Shown here: positions 1 to 7,900 of the stretch, one piece after another
Position numbering within the stretch: the first letter of the stretch is position 1
How the letters are laid out: each line of letters begins with the position of its first letter
From: a virus
DNA length: 64,000 nucleotides
Strand: one strand, 5' to 3'
Virus record (IMG/VR): IMGVR_UViG_3300021963_000063
Location: 1-64,000 of that record
Made by a program: the position numbers and the translations under genes
Notes under the pieces: model-generated
The model's input: only the letters and a program-made list of their open reading frames with translations
Database searches by the model: none
Told to the model about the DNA's origin: nothing

Positions 1-186
1 AAAGCAAGTGTAGAGATTAACAAGTTTATTAGACATACCATTACTAATCTAGAGGGAGCCTTAGAAAAGCAAGACGACAGGTTAACTCTAGCAGTCTTAA
101 CTAACTTAGCATACACGATAGAAAGTTACATAGAACCATTGGAATTGTCAGTCCTTTGTGATACAATTAGCACTCAAGGAGAGTAA
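1..186 (+). CDS. hypothetical protein, 5'-truncated by the window edge
   Basis: Frame 1 is open from base 1 to TAA at 184-186, which overlaps the next ATG (TAATG). Confidence 0.6.
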   Translation, partial: KASVEINKFIRHTITNLEGALEKQDDRLTLAVLTNLAYTIESYIEPLELSVLCDTISTQGE

Positions 187-395
187 TGAGAAAACAGGCA
201 AATAAACTATCAGATGTATTTGCTGATGAAAGGGTAAACATTTTAGAGTTAGCCCAACAAACAGCACTTGTATTCACACCAAGTATGACAGCCAGATTAC
301 ACCAGTTTTTGCGTTGGCATACACATAACCAAAATGGAAGAAAATCAGAAATCCACCCAATAACACTTGACAAAGACCACACAGAGGGAGTATAG
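186..395 (+). CDS. hypothetical protein
   Basis: ORF with an AAGGAG SD and TAATG coupling to the upstream gene. Confidence 0.6.
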   Translation: MRKQANKLSDVFADERVNILELAQQTALVFTPSMTARLHQFLRWHTHNQNGRKSEIHPITLDKDHTEGV

Positions 396-396
396 T
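367..396 (+). promoter_or_regulatory. sigmaA-type promoter for a leaderless transcript
   Basis: TTGACA(367-372)-N18-TATAGT(391-396)-N6-ATG(403). Confidence 0.75.
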
Positions 397-402
397 ATAA
401 CT

Positions 403-714
403 ATGACACATTCATTTGAACAACAAGTACAAATCGTAGCAAGTGCCTTTTACAGCCGTTTTGATGAGGACGGTGAACCTGAAATCTTACAGAAGATTTT
501 TGAGTCACACGACCTATCAGGTGCTATTGCATTAGGCGTAGTTGGTGGAGATGTTGAGATTAAATCAGATGAAGCAAAGGGTTGGATTGAGGAAACTTAC
601 AAGACCCTAAACGCTATCTTTGACTTCCCAGAAGAATTAGAGCAGGTAGAGGTTGAGAAACCCACAGCCAAGAAAAGGGCTGCACCTAAAAAGAAAGCGG
701 AAGCAAATGTCTAA
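403..714 (+). CDS. hypothetical protein with Lys/Ala-rich basic C-terminal tail
   Basis: Start re-assigned to ATG 403, because the track's TTG is the -35 box. Tail is KPTAKKRAAPKKKAEA. Confidence 0.7.
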   Translation: MTHSFEQQVQIVASAFYSRFDEDGEPEILQKIFESHDLSGAIALGVVGGDVEIKSDEAKGWIEETYKTLNAIFDFPEELEQVEVEKPTAKKRAAPKKKAEANV

Positions 715-752
715 TGTGGCTAGTCAAGCATACTTATCTTTGATAAGTTAAA

Positions 753-801
753 TAGACTTCCCCATACCTAGATACCTCCCCTGTCTAGGTGTGGGGATCT
801 A
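753..801 (+). other. stable hairpin with a CCTCCCC loop (terminator or small-RNA element)
   Basis: ccccatacctagata pairs with tgtctaggtgtgggg (G.U pairs favour the + strand RNA); loop 775-781. Confidence 0.6.
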
Positions 802-871
802 GCCCGAGTAAAAATTATAAATAGCACTATTACGAACCAACAAAATAAATCACAGGAATTTGGAGAATATC

Positions 872-900
872 TTGACAAAAACATATGAAGATGGTATTAT
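872..900 (+). promoter_or_regulatory. sigmaA-type promoter firing into the non-coding block
   Basis: TTGACA(872-877)-N17-TATTAT(895-900) with an extended TGn. Confidence 0.65.
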
Positions 901-1237
901 GGACTGTCTTAAAGCCATAGATGCTTATAAGCTATCAGGTATATATGATATCCCTATTAAGTATATAGAGGAAGCTATTAGAAAGCTTCTGCCTACCCCC
1001 GAGCAATAAATTTGAAAAAAATACATTACGAACGATCTCAAAAAATCACAGGAAGTTTGATCAATGTTTAACAAATTAGTTTGTCATATATTTGGACATA
1101 GCGAGGGTAGTCAATCAGCTTGTCCATATACCCTATATACCTATATATACTGCAAGAGATGTAATGATATGTACTATGCATACCCAAGTAATACACCTGG
1201 ATAATTATGTTTAAAAATACTTTAATATTCAATTACT

Positions 1238-1286
1238 TTTATGCAGTTTTTATGCATTTATGCACAGTTTATGCATGTTTTATGCA
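1238..1286 (+). repeat. TTTATGCA iteron-like cluster (5 copies)
   Basis: Copies start at 1238, 1249, 1257, 1268 and 1279. TTATGCACA at 1258-1266 fits the DnaA-box consensus TTWTNCACA. Confidence 0.75.
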
Positions 1287-1481
1287 AGAAATGTATCATT
1301 ATTTTGGCATATATTCAGGCAAATATATTACGAACCAGGGGTAAAAATCACTGCAAATAAAGGGAAAACACATGTCAAGGTAAATTAGATTACGATTATG
1401 TAACAATGTCACAAATACTCATATAAAATCAATATATAATATCAATAGTGTTTTATTATCTTTTGACTTGTGTATTACCTA

Positions 1482-1548
1482 ATATTGTTGTGTATTACGC
1501 AACACTTTATGCATAAATTATTCATATATTGTTGTATATTATGCAACA
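1482..1548. repeat. two 23-bp palindromic direct repeats (operator-like)
   Basis: atattgttgtgtattacgcaaca (1482-1504) and atattgttgtatattatgcaaca (1526-1548). Confidence 0.75.
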
Positions 1549-1603
1549 GATAAACATAAGGTATAGCTTATGTAAAATGGACGGAAACTTACACCAGTAG
1601 GCA

Positions 1604-1632
1604 TTGACTTCTGGATGAATTGTTGATATCAT
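1604..1632 (+). promoter_or_regulatory. sigmaA-type promoter for the 1.8-4.3 kb operon
   Basis: TTGACT-N17-TATCAT with an extended TGn. Confidence 0.55.
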
Positions 1633-1778
1633 TGACAAGTGAAGAAATATCTCTTGGTTATATGTATATATGTATTGTTCTTTCTATTTACTATGTATAT
1701 GTCATTAAGGGATATTCCTCCTACCCCCGAAAAATTATTACCCAATAAATGTGTTATAGAATATGGATGTATAGAATC

Positions 1779-1949
1779 ATGAGTCTGGTAGCAAAGATTA
1801 AAGAAGTTATGAAGCAAGAGTTAGAAGATAACCCAGATATGACTGATAAAGAATACGAACAGCTATTTGTTTCCTATTATCTACAATATATGGATAGCCA
1901 TATTAAACCCGTCAAATTAGAAAGCAGAGGTAAGAATCGTGTGCGTTAA
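1779..1949 (+). CDS. hypothetical protein
   Basis: ORF; start probably MSLVAK. Confidence 0.55.
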   Translation: MSLVAKIKEVMKQELEDNPDMTDKEYEQLFVSYYLQYMDSHIKPVKLESRGKNRVR

Positions 1950-2256
1950 TTGCGATACGAATATCCTTAATGAAGTATTAGAAATATTGGATCCAATCTT
2001 CCAACAACATGGTGAATATAATACCCTGTTTATCCTTAATGATTACTATGAAAATAAGTACAGGGATGCCTTTCAACACCCCTCCCGTATTAGTTTAGAT
2101 GCTATTAAGGCATTATTTGAAGATGAAGATTTAAGCCAATGGGAAAGTAATACAAGTCATTCACCGTGGTGTGCATCAATGATGGGACATCCATTAAATG
2201 CACCTGAGTGTGATTGTGGTACTCCTTTTCGCCGAAACGCCGAAGGACAGTCATGA
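1939..2256 (+). CDS. hypothetical Cys-containing protein
   Basis: GAGG SD and GTG start; CxxC and H..WC..CDC motifs. Confidence 0.6.
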   Translation: MCVNCDTNILNEVLEILDPIFQQHGEYNTLFILNDYYENKYRDAFQHPSRISLDAIKALFEDEDLSQWESNTSHSPWCASMMGHPLNAPECDCGTPFRRNAEGQS

Positions 2257-2438
2257 ATGTAACAGATATGGTGGATACCATTAAAGATGTTATAGCTACA
2301 CAAGAAGAGGCTATGGGTCAGCGATTCACCCTCCAGCAGAAAAGGGAGTTTCTTGTAGGTGCTATTAACAAGTGGAATAGTGTAGAGGGAAATGAGTTTC
2401 TTATCATTCCACCCGTATTTTTGAAGGAAGATATTTAG
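2253..2438 (+). CDS. hypothetical protein
   Basis: ATGA overlap with the upstream stop (MNVTDMV...). Confidence 0.55.
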   Translation: MNVTDMVDTIKDVIATQEEAMGQRFTLQQKREFLVGAINKWNSVEGNEFLIIPPVFLKEDI

Positions 2439-2581
2439 TGGAAGTCCTATTTGTTTTTTGTGTGACTATGTTTATGCTATTCCTATTTATTCTGCCAATT
2501 GCTTTGGTTATGGTGCTGTTAGGATCATTGTGGATGTTGGTTAAATCTAATAGAAAAGACGTACCAAGTGACTTGCAGTGA
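2438..2581 (+). CDS. small membrane protein
   Basis: GTG start overlapping the upstream TAG; long hydrophobic stretch MEVLFVFCVTMFMLFLFILPIALVMVLLGSLWMLV. Not in the ORF track. Confidence 0.55.
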   Translation: MEVLFVFCVTMFMLFLFILPIALVMVLLGSLWMLVKSNRKDVPSDLQ

Positions 2582-2687
2582 TTGTAGTGTTAAAAAGCTA
2601 AATATATGGTTTGAATCAAAGGATAACAGCAGGGCTTTGTGTGACAAATGCTTCTTAAAAGACTCACCTGTAAAGCGTGGTAAATAA
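2568..2687 (+). CDS. small CxxC...CxxC zinc-finger protein
   Basis: MTCSDC...LCDKCF, coupled to the next gene by TAATG. Confidence 0.5.
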   Translation: MTCSDCSVKKLNIWFESKDNSRALCDKCFLKDSPVKRGK

Positions 2688-2938
2688 TGGCAGCATCAAA
2701 TGCATCAGATATCCCTGAGTCTAAGATTGATTATTGCCCTTGCAATAGGTGTACTGTTGCTCGCAAGCAAGGTATGCAAGAAGCAACTAAACGTGTGCGT
2801 GAACTGCATTATGCCGTGAATGACTATGGGTGTGGAGATCCAGAATGTTGCTCTCCATCAGACTCAGTAGATTTTTGTATTGTATGTGGTGGATATGAAT
2901 ACCCTTGCGAAACCATTAAGGTATTAGAAGGTAAATAA
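2687..2938 (+). CDS. Cys-rich hypothetical protein (actinophage type)
   Basis: VRELH...CxxC...YPCxT motif. Confidence 0.65.
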   Translation: MAASNASDIPESKIDYCPCNRCTVARKQGMQEATKRVRELHYAVNDYGCGDPECCSPSDSVDFCIVCGGYEYPCETIKVLEGK

Positions 2939-3048
2939 TGAAATTTTCACACTCAATAGCAGAGATACTTATCTTGACATTTGTAGCACTTAACTGCTAT
3001 GTTAATGTTATTAGATTTAATTGGGATAGAAAGAAAAGGAAACAGTAA
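2938..3048 (+). CDS. small membrane protein
   Basis: MKFSHSIAEILILTFVALNCYVNV..., TAATG-coupled at both ends. Confidence 0.5.
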   Translation: MKFSHSIAEILILTFVALNCYVNVIRFNWDRKKRKQ

Positions 3049-3239
3049 TGGGAATAGGAAAAACATATAGGTTTGCCGAGCAAGTATCAAGAAATCAAGA
3101 TCCTTGTATTGTAGTGGTAAATAACAAGCACGATAAAGAGATGCTTAAAACAATGTTTAAGACCTTAAAGTATAATAAGGCAAAGATTGTTACTAGAGAT
3201 AGAGTATTTGATATTAAAGACTATGAGGATAATAAGTAA
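3048..3239 (+). CDS. hypothetical protein
   Basis: ORF within a translationally coupled operon. Confidence 0.55.
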   Translation: MGIGKTYRFAEQVSRNQDPCIVVVNNKHDKEMLKTMFKTLKYNKAKIVTRDRVFDIKDYEDNK

Positions 3240-3580
3240 TGGAAAAAGTTGACCGTCCTTGGGGACACTACACCGTCCTTGGCACTAAGAATGATTTACA
3301 AACTAAACAGATTGTAGTCAATCCTAACTCAAGGCTATCCCTGCAGAAGCATGAACATAGACGAGAGATTTGGTTTGTCATTGAGGGAAACCCGTCAATT
3401 GAGGTTGGCGAGGATAGCTTTGTTGGCAGTCCAGGAACCGTTGTAGTTGTAGAAAAGAATGAGGTTCATAGGATCTCTGCCACAGATAATCAGGTTGTTA
3501 TTGTTGAGGTACAAATTGGGGATTATCTTGGTGAAGACGATATTATTCGCCTAGAAGATGATTATGGTAGGATTGGGTAA
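3239..3580 (+). CDS. cupin, mannose-6-phosphate isomerase type II C-terminal-like
   Basis: RPWG...LSLQKHEHRREIW...HRI...EVQIGDYLGEDDIIRLEDDYGR signature. Confidence 0.9.
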   Translation: MEKVDRPWGHYTVLGTKNDLQTKQIVVNPNSRLSLQKHEHRREIWFVIEGNPSIEVGEDSFVGSPGTVVVVEKNEVHRISATDNQVVIVEVQIGDYLGEDDIIRLEDDYGRIG

Positions 3581-4098
3581 TGACTTGTATTGTGGCTATT
3601 GCAGATGGTGATAGCGTTGTAATGTGTGCTGATAGAGGCATATCAGATGATGACATTATTACATCCATGAGTGTTCCTAAGATTAGTCAAAATGGTCAGT
3701 ATCTAATTGGATACTCTGACTCACCTGGCACTGGTCAACTGGTTCAATACATGACACTACCTACCCCACCAAATAAAAACCTTGATAAGTTTATGCGTAC
3801 AACATTTGCTACTGCTCTTCGTAAGCAACTTACTGAATCTGGCGTAGACCTAAAAGATAATGCTCATGCCTCACTTCTAGTAGGTGTAAATGGATTACTC
3901 TTTGCTATGGATACCAATGACTGGCAGGTAATCAGATGTGATTATATGTCTATAGGCTCTGGATCCTCTATAGCACTAGGTTCTCTTTACACTACCTCTA
4001 CATGGAAGTCTGCTGAGAAAAGGGCTATAACAGCCGTCAGTGCTGCTATAGAGCTATCTCCGTCCTGTAAGGGTCCTATAGATACCCTTGTTATATAA
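3580..4098 (+). CDS. HslV/proteasome-beta-like Ntn-hydrolase peptidase
   Basis: N-terminal Thr (MTCIVA), AD, K and SIGSGS..ALG motifs. Confidence 0.8.
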   Translation: MTCIVAIADGDSVVMCADRGISDDDIITSMSVPKISQNGQYLIGYSDSPGTGQLVQYMTLPTPPNKNLDKFMRTTFATALRKQLTESGVDLKDNAHASLLVGVNGLLFAMDTNDWQVIRCDYMSIGSGSSIALGSLYTTSTWKSAEKRAITAVSAAIELSPSCKGPIDTLVI

Positions 4099-4119
4099 AA
4101 TTACTAGAAAGGTAATAAA

Positions 4120-4338
4120 ATGAAAGATGCCATTAGCTTGGTTCAAGGATCAAAAGATAAAGAACTGTTTATTGTTTTTCTAAATAAGTTTATTGATTCT
4201 GAGATACAACATATTCAGAAAACAATGGAAGACGAATCTCCAAATCTTAGAAGTGCTGCTTTATGCTATGAGGCAATGGCAACTGCAACTTTAATGAAAA
4301 ATTATATTAATGGAGAAACTGAATATTTTGAAGAATAA
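4120..4338 (+). CDS. hypothetical protein
   Basis: ORF with an AAGG SD. Confidence 0.55.
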   Translation: MKDAISLVQGSKDKELFIVFLNKFIDSEIQHIQKTMEDESPNLRSAALCYEAMATATLMKNYINGETEYFEE

Positions 4339-4341
4339 GAA

Positions 4342-4374
4342 AGACCAGAGTGGTCGTGAGAATCACCCTGGTCT
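4342..4374. terminator. hairpin terminator between convergent transcription units
   Basis: agaccag...ctggtct stem at the strand switch. Confidence 0.7.
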
Positions 4375-4393
4375 AACTTAGTTTTATTATATA

Positions 4394-4705
4394 CTATTCA
4401 GCCTTTTTGTCAACTGAGCTAAATGCTGAGTTGATTTCACTTGCACTTAGCTTTCCATCGTCTAGGAAGGCTCTTGCAAGCTTTTCTACTACTGTTGCGA
4501 CACCAAGTGTACCTGCCATGATTACAGCAGTTAGTGTATCAATTCCAACAAGGGAACCTGCACCAATAATTGAAAGACCAGATGCTGCAAAAACTGCAAC
4601 TATTCTGAAAAAGATATTCCAAACATTTGTTGCTGCTTTGGATCCGATTACCTCTTCTCCAGTTTCAGCATCTTTAACTGTTATATCTACTTTACTCTTT
4701 GTCAT
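4394..4705 (-). CDS. membrane protein (holin-like)
   Basis: Two hydrophobic helices and a charged C-terminus. Confidence 0.6.
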   Translation of the reverse strand: MTKSKVDITVKDAETGEEVIGSKAATNVWNIFFRIVAVFAASGLSIIGAGSLVGIDTLTAVIMAGTLGVATVVEKLARAFLDDGKLSASEINSAFSSVDKKAE

Positions 4706-4889
4706 TTTCTTTTTCCTCCTGTTCCCTAAATTTCATTGAAAGCAACCATACGGCTGTACAAATTAAAACTGCCCACCCTACTACTGTTTTAGCAGACCCA
4801 TCAAGGACTGCCCATGCTACGAACATACCAAGAAGGGTGAATGTTTGGTTTAGTGTTTCACGAAACTTATCTTTTAACCATTTCTTCAT
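4692..4889 (-). CDS. small 2-TM membrane protein
   Basis: Two hydrophobic segments; coupled to the upstream gene. Confidence 0.65.
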   Translation of the reverse strand: MKKWLKDKFRETLNQTFTLLGMFVAWAVLDGSAKTVVGWAVLICTAVWLLSMKFREQEEKENDKE

Positions 4890-6802
4890 TATCTTATCCT
4901 CCCTGTAATTAAGTTAGTTGATGCTATTAATTGTCCAACAATTACAGAAGCAACAACTACTGCTTGTGTTTCTTTGCGTTGTTCTGGTGTCATATCTGCA
5001 CCAATACTAGCAAAAGCTTTTAATGCCTTACCTGGATCTGTTAATGCTGTTAGAAGTAATTCACTTGGATTTTCAAATATTTGAAGTGCATCTGCAACTT
5101 CTGCAGTAAGAATTACTCCATTTTCTAACATAACTGGCTGATCTGGTGGCAAATTTTCGTAGTCAAGACCAGACTCTTGAAATGATTCAAAGGATATGGC
5201 ATCCGTAGGACCATACTCTGTAAGCAATTCATTAAGGGCAATCGACTCTTCTGCAGTCAAGCCATCTATGATATTATTGTTAGATGGATCATCAGTGGAT
5301 GAAGGACTTGGACTTGGAACTGGACTCTCAGTTGGAACTGGAGCTTCTGGTGATGGAGATGAAGTCGGTTGCTCAGGAGTTGGGCTTGGAGTTACAACAG
5401 GTATTACAGGGGGCAACGGAGGTCTTGAAGGGCTTAAAGAAGGAGTTGGAGTAGGTGAAGGTTCTAAAGGCGGTTCAGAGGTTTCTGTTGGCTGTGGGCT
5501 TGGCTCTGATGGCTGGGGTGACGGTTCTAATGTTGGCGTTTGTGATTCTGTTGGCTGTGGTTCAGGGCTGGCAGTAGGGCTTGGCTCTACTGGTATGTTT
5601 TCGTAAGAAATAAGAATGATAAGTACCTTTGGTGTTCCTGGTGCTGGATCATTTTCAAAAGTGGTATTTGATACCTCAATTGTTGCAGATGTTTGTCCAA
5701 CTAATAATGCAGAAAGAATAGAAGATACGTCTTGCCCACGAGATCCATCACTTGGATCCCCATAATAACCAAAAACAGATGATACCTTTTTATTATCTGG
5801 AGCTATTAAGTTTAATATAGAACCCTCTTGAATTACATCAGCACCTTCTGGTGTAGTTGGTGGCATTGGTGGACATTGCTCATTCCAATTTACTTCTGAT
5901 CCATTCCAGCACTCAACTAATGGTGGAACCTGTGGACAAGTTTGATTCCAAGAAATTACTGATCCGTCCCAGCAAACAATATCTGGAGGAGTTGGGGGGC
6001 AAGTTTGGTTATAAGGAATTACTGAGTTATCCCAACAAGTTATTGGGGGTGGTTGAGGTGGGCAGGTTTGACTCCAAGTTACCCAGGATCCGTCCCAGCA
6101 CTGTGTGTCAGGTGGTATTGGTGGACACGTTCCATTCCAAGGAACTGTTGATCCATCCCAACATTGACCAGGTGGTGGTTCTGCAGGACAGGTTGATGTT
6201 AAAGGTATAATAGAGTTATCCCAACAAGTTTGCATTTCTACTGGACGACCACCATTGATTGTAAAAGCTTCTGATATAGTAACTACTTCTTGTCCAGGTG
6301 CGAACCTAATACCTCTTCTAAGATCTGATGGGAGCCAACCTGTGGTCTCAATAATTCCAGACCAAGAGGGTAACTTTGAGGTATCAACAGTTAATTTAAT
6401 TGTTGTAAGATTTCCAGTACTTTGAGGAAATGGTCTTACTTTCCATTCAACACAAAATCCTGTGCTTGTAGAGCCATAGCTTAAACTAGCACCTTGACCA
6501 AATGTTACCCAGTCATAGCCAGCTAGGGATATGGATGGAGTATTGGGATATGAGCTAAAATTAGCATCAGGAGTACCAAAAGTAAGGGTTCCATTAGTAG
6601 TTACATATGTTGTATTATATGTGACATCACCAAGGGTTAGGGGATTTGTCAGGTTCATTTGATGAGCAGTGTCATCTTCACCAGACCAAGAGTATGTGTT
6701 ACATGGCTGTTCTTGTATTACCGCATTTGCAGGTAATACTAATAGCGTTGTAAGCGATGCTATAAATGGCATCAATAATATATATGAAAAAATCTTTTTC
6801 AA
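4889..6802 (-). CDS. secreted/surface protein: signal peptide, NIDO-like region, 6 Cys-Trp repeats, SUEL-lectin-like domain, Pro/Ser/Thr linker, C-terminal hydrophobic anchor
   Basis: ANA signal-peptide cleavage; YVTTNGTLTFG; CW(D/N)(G/N)S-x7-CP six times; FENDPAPGTPKVL; PSPT-rich linker. Confidence 0.75.
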   Translation of the reverse strand: MKKIFSYILLMPFIASLTTLLVLPANAVIQEQPCNTYSWSGEDDTAHQMNLTNPLTLGDVTYNTTYVTTNGTLTFGTPDANFSSYPNTPSISLAGYDWVTFGQGASLSYGSTSTGFCVEWKVRPFPQSTGNLTTIKLTVDTSKLPSWSGIIETTGWLPSDLRRGIRFAPGQEVVTISEAFTINGGRPVEMQTCWDNSIIPLTSTCPAEPPPGQCWDGSTVPWNGTCPPIPPDTQCWDGSWVTWSQTCPPQPPPITCWDNSVIPYNQTCPPTPPDIVCWDGSVISWNQTCPQVPPLVECWNGSEVNWNEQCPPMPPTTPEGADVIQEGSILNLIAPDNKKVSSVFGYYGDPSDGSRGQDVSSILSALLVGQTSATIEVSNTTFENDPAPGTPKVLIILISYENIPVEPSPTASPEPQPTESQTPTLEPSPQPSEPSPQPTETSEPPLEPSPTPTPSLSPSRPPLPPVIPVVTPSPTPEQPTSSPSPEAPVPTESPVPSPSPSSTDDPSNNNIIDGLTAEESIALNELLTEYGPTDAISFESFQESGLDYENLPPDQPVMLENGVILTAEVADALQIFENPSELLLTALTDPGKALKAFASIGADMTPEQRKETQAVVVASVIVGQLIASTNLITGRIR

Positions 6803-6868
6803 TTTTATTCTCCCCGTTAGCCTTTATAAAGACTAACAAGTTAATTATATCATTAAAGAATGCTAAAA

Positions 6869-7900
6869 CTATCTTAGAGCGTGAGGCTTACTTTCATTTA
6901 CCGAGAGGCTAGAAACCTCAATATACATTGCATTATCATATAAATCTCTTAAATTATGTACTCCAGAATACGAGCAACCACTTCCTAAGCCACCACGAAT
7001 ATTATCTAATGTATTAGATACCGATCCTTTATAGGGTACTCTTGTTGCCACACCTTCTGCTACTGCAATATCTTTACCTTCATTAGCTTCCTTAGAAGCC
7101 ATACCTCTAAATGATTTATATTTACCAGTTTCATCAAACATTAGTGATCCTGGAGACTCATCTGTACCTGCCAACATAGACCCTAGCATAACGGCATCAG
7201 CACCTGCAGAGAAGGCTTTAACCATGTCCCCTGATGTTTTGATACCCCCATCAGCAATAATGGCTACATTTGAATACTTAGATTTGTTTCTTATTTCAAC
7301 AATATCTAGGATTGAGGATAAGGTAGGGATTCCATGACCAGATATCAGTCTAGTGGTACAAACAGAACCACCACCAATTCCAACACGAATAGAATTTGCA
7401 CCTGCCTTAGCAAGAGCCTTAAATCCTTCATATGTAGATACATTACCAGCCATAATATGAATGTCTTTAAAAAGCTTTTTTAGGTTTTTTACTGCATCAA
7501 TAGCGTATTGGCTATGACCATTTGCAGTATCAATAAGAATTACTGATGCTCCTGCATCCACTAGTCTTTCTGCATCATGTAAGTATGAACCTTTAGCACC
7601 TACCGCAGCACCAACAATAACCTGATGATAACTAGAAGCAAGCTTAACCTGCTTTATCTGTTCTTCTATTGGCATAAACCTATGAATAATTCCAAGACCG
7701 CCATGCTTTGCTATTGCAACTACCATATCTATTTCACAAACAGTATCCATAGGTGAGGCAATTACTGGAAAACCTAAAACAAGATCTGCCCCAAGGTTCA
7801 TAGAAAGCTTTACATCTTTTCTGCTTTCAATATCAGAGTGCTGTGGCACCATTAAGATATCATCAAAACATAGTTGCTTTTCTTCACTATACTTATACAT
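6869..7900 (-). CDS. IMP dehydrogenase / GMP reductase family (no CBS domains)
   Basis: [17 protein letters not shown] catalytic Cys loop, IIADGGI, FRGMAS. Confidence 0.9.
   Translation of the reverse strand: MYKYSEEKQLCFDDILMVPQHSDIESRKDVKLSMNLGADLVLGFPVIASPMDTVCEIDMVVAIAKHGGLGIIHRFMPIEEQIKQVKLASSYHQVIVGAAVGAKGSYLHDAERLVDAGASVILIDTANGHSQYAIDAVKNLKKLFKDIHIMAGNVSTYEGFKALAKAGANSIRVGIGGGSVCTTRLISGHGIPTLSSILDIVEIRNKSKYSNVAIIADGGIKTSGDMVKAFSAGADAVMLGSMLAGTDESPGSLMFDETGKYKSFRGMASKEANEGKDIAVAEGVATRVPYKGSVSNTLDNIRGGLGSGCSYSGVHNLRDLYDNAMYIEVSSLSVNESKPHALR

Larger units (their letters stand above)
829..1351 (+). repeat. three copies of the bipartite motif ATTACGAAC-N9-AAATCAC
   Basis: Copies at 829-853, 1025-1049 and 1327-1351 with identical half-site spacing. 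Confidence 0.85.

Noticed and set aside
899-1009. 36-aa ORF MDCLKAIDAY... between repeat copies
   Set aside because: Its ATG overlaps the -10 box of the adjacent promoter and it has no SD, so coding status is unsupported.
803-1351. CRISPR or mini-array interpretation of the ATTACGAAC repeats (Cas4 is present)
   Set aside because: The repeats are bipartite with variable cores and are 196 and 302 bp apart, so there is no repeat-spacer periodicity.
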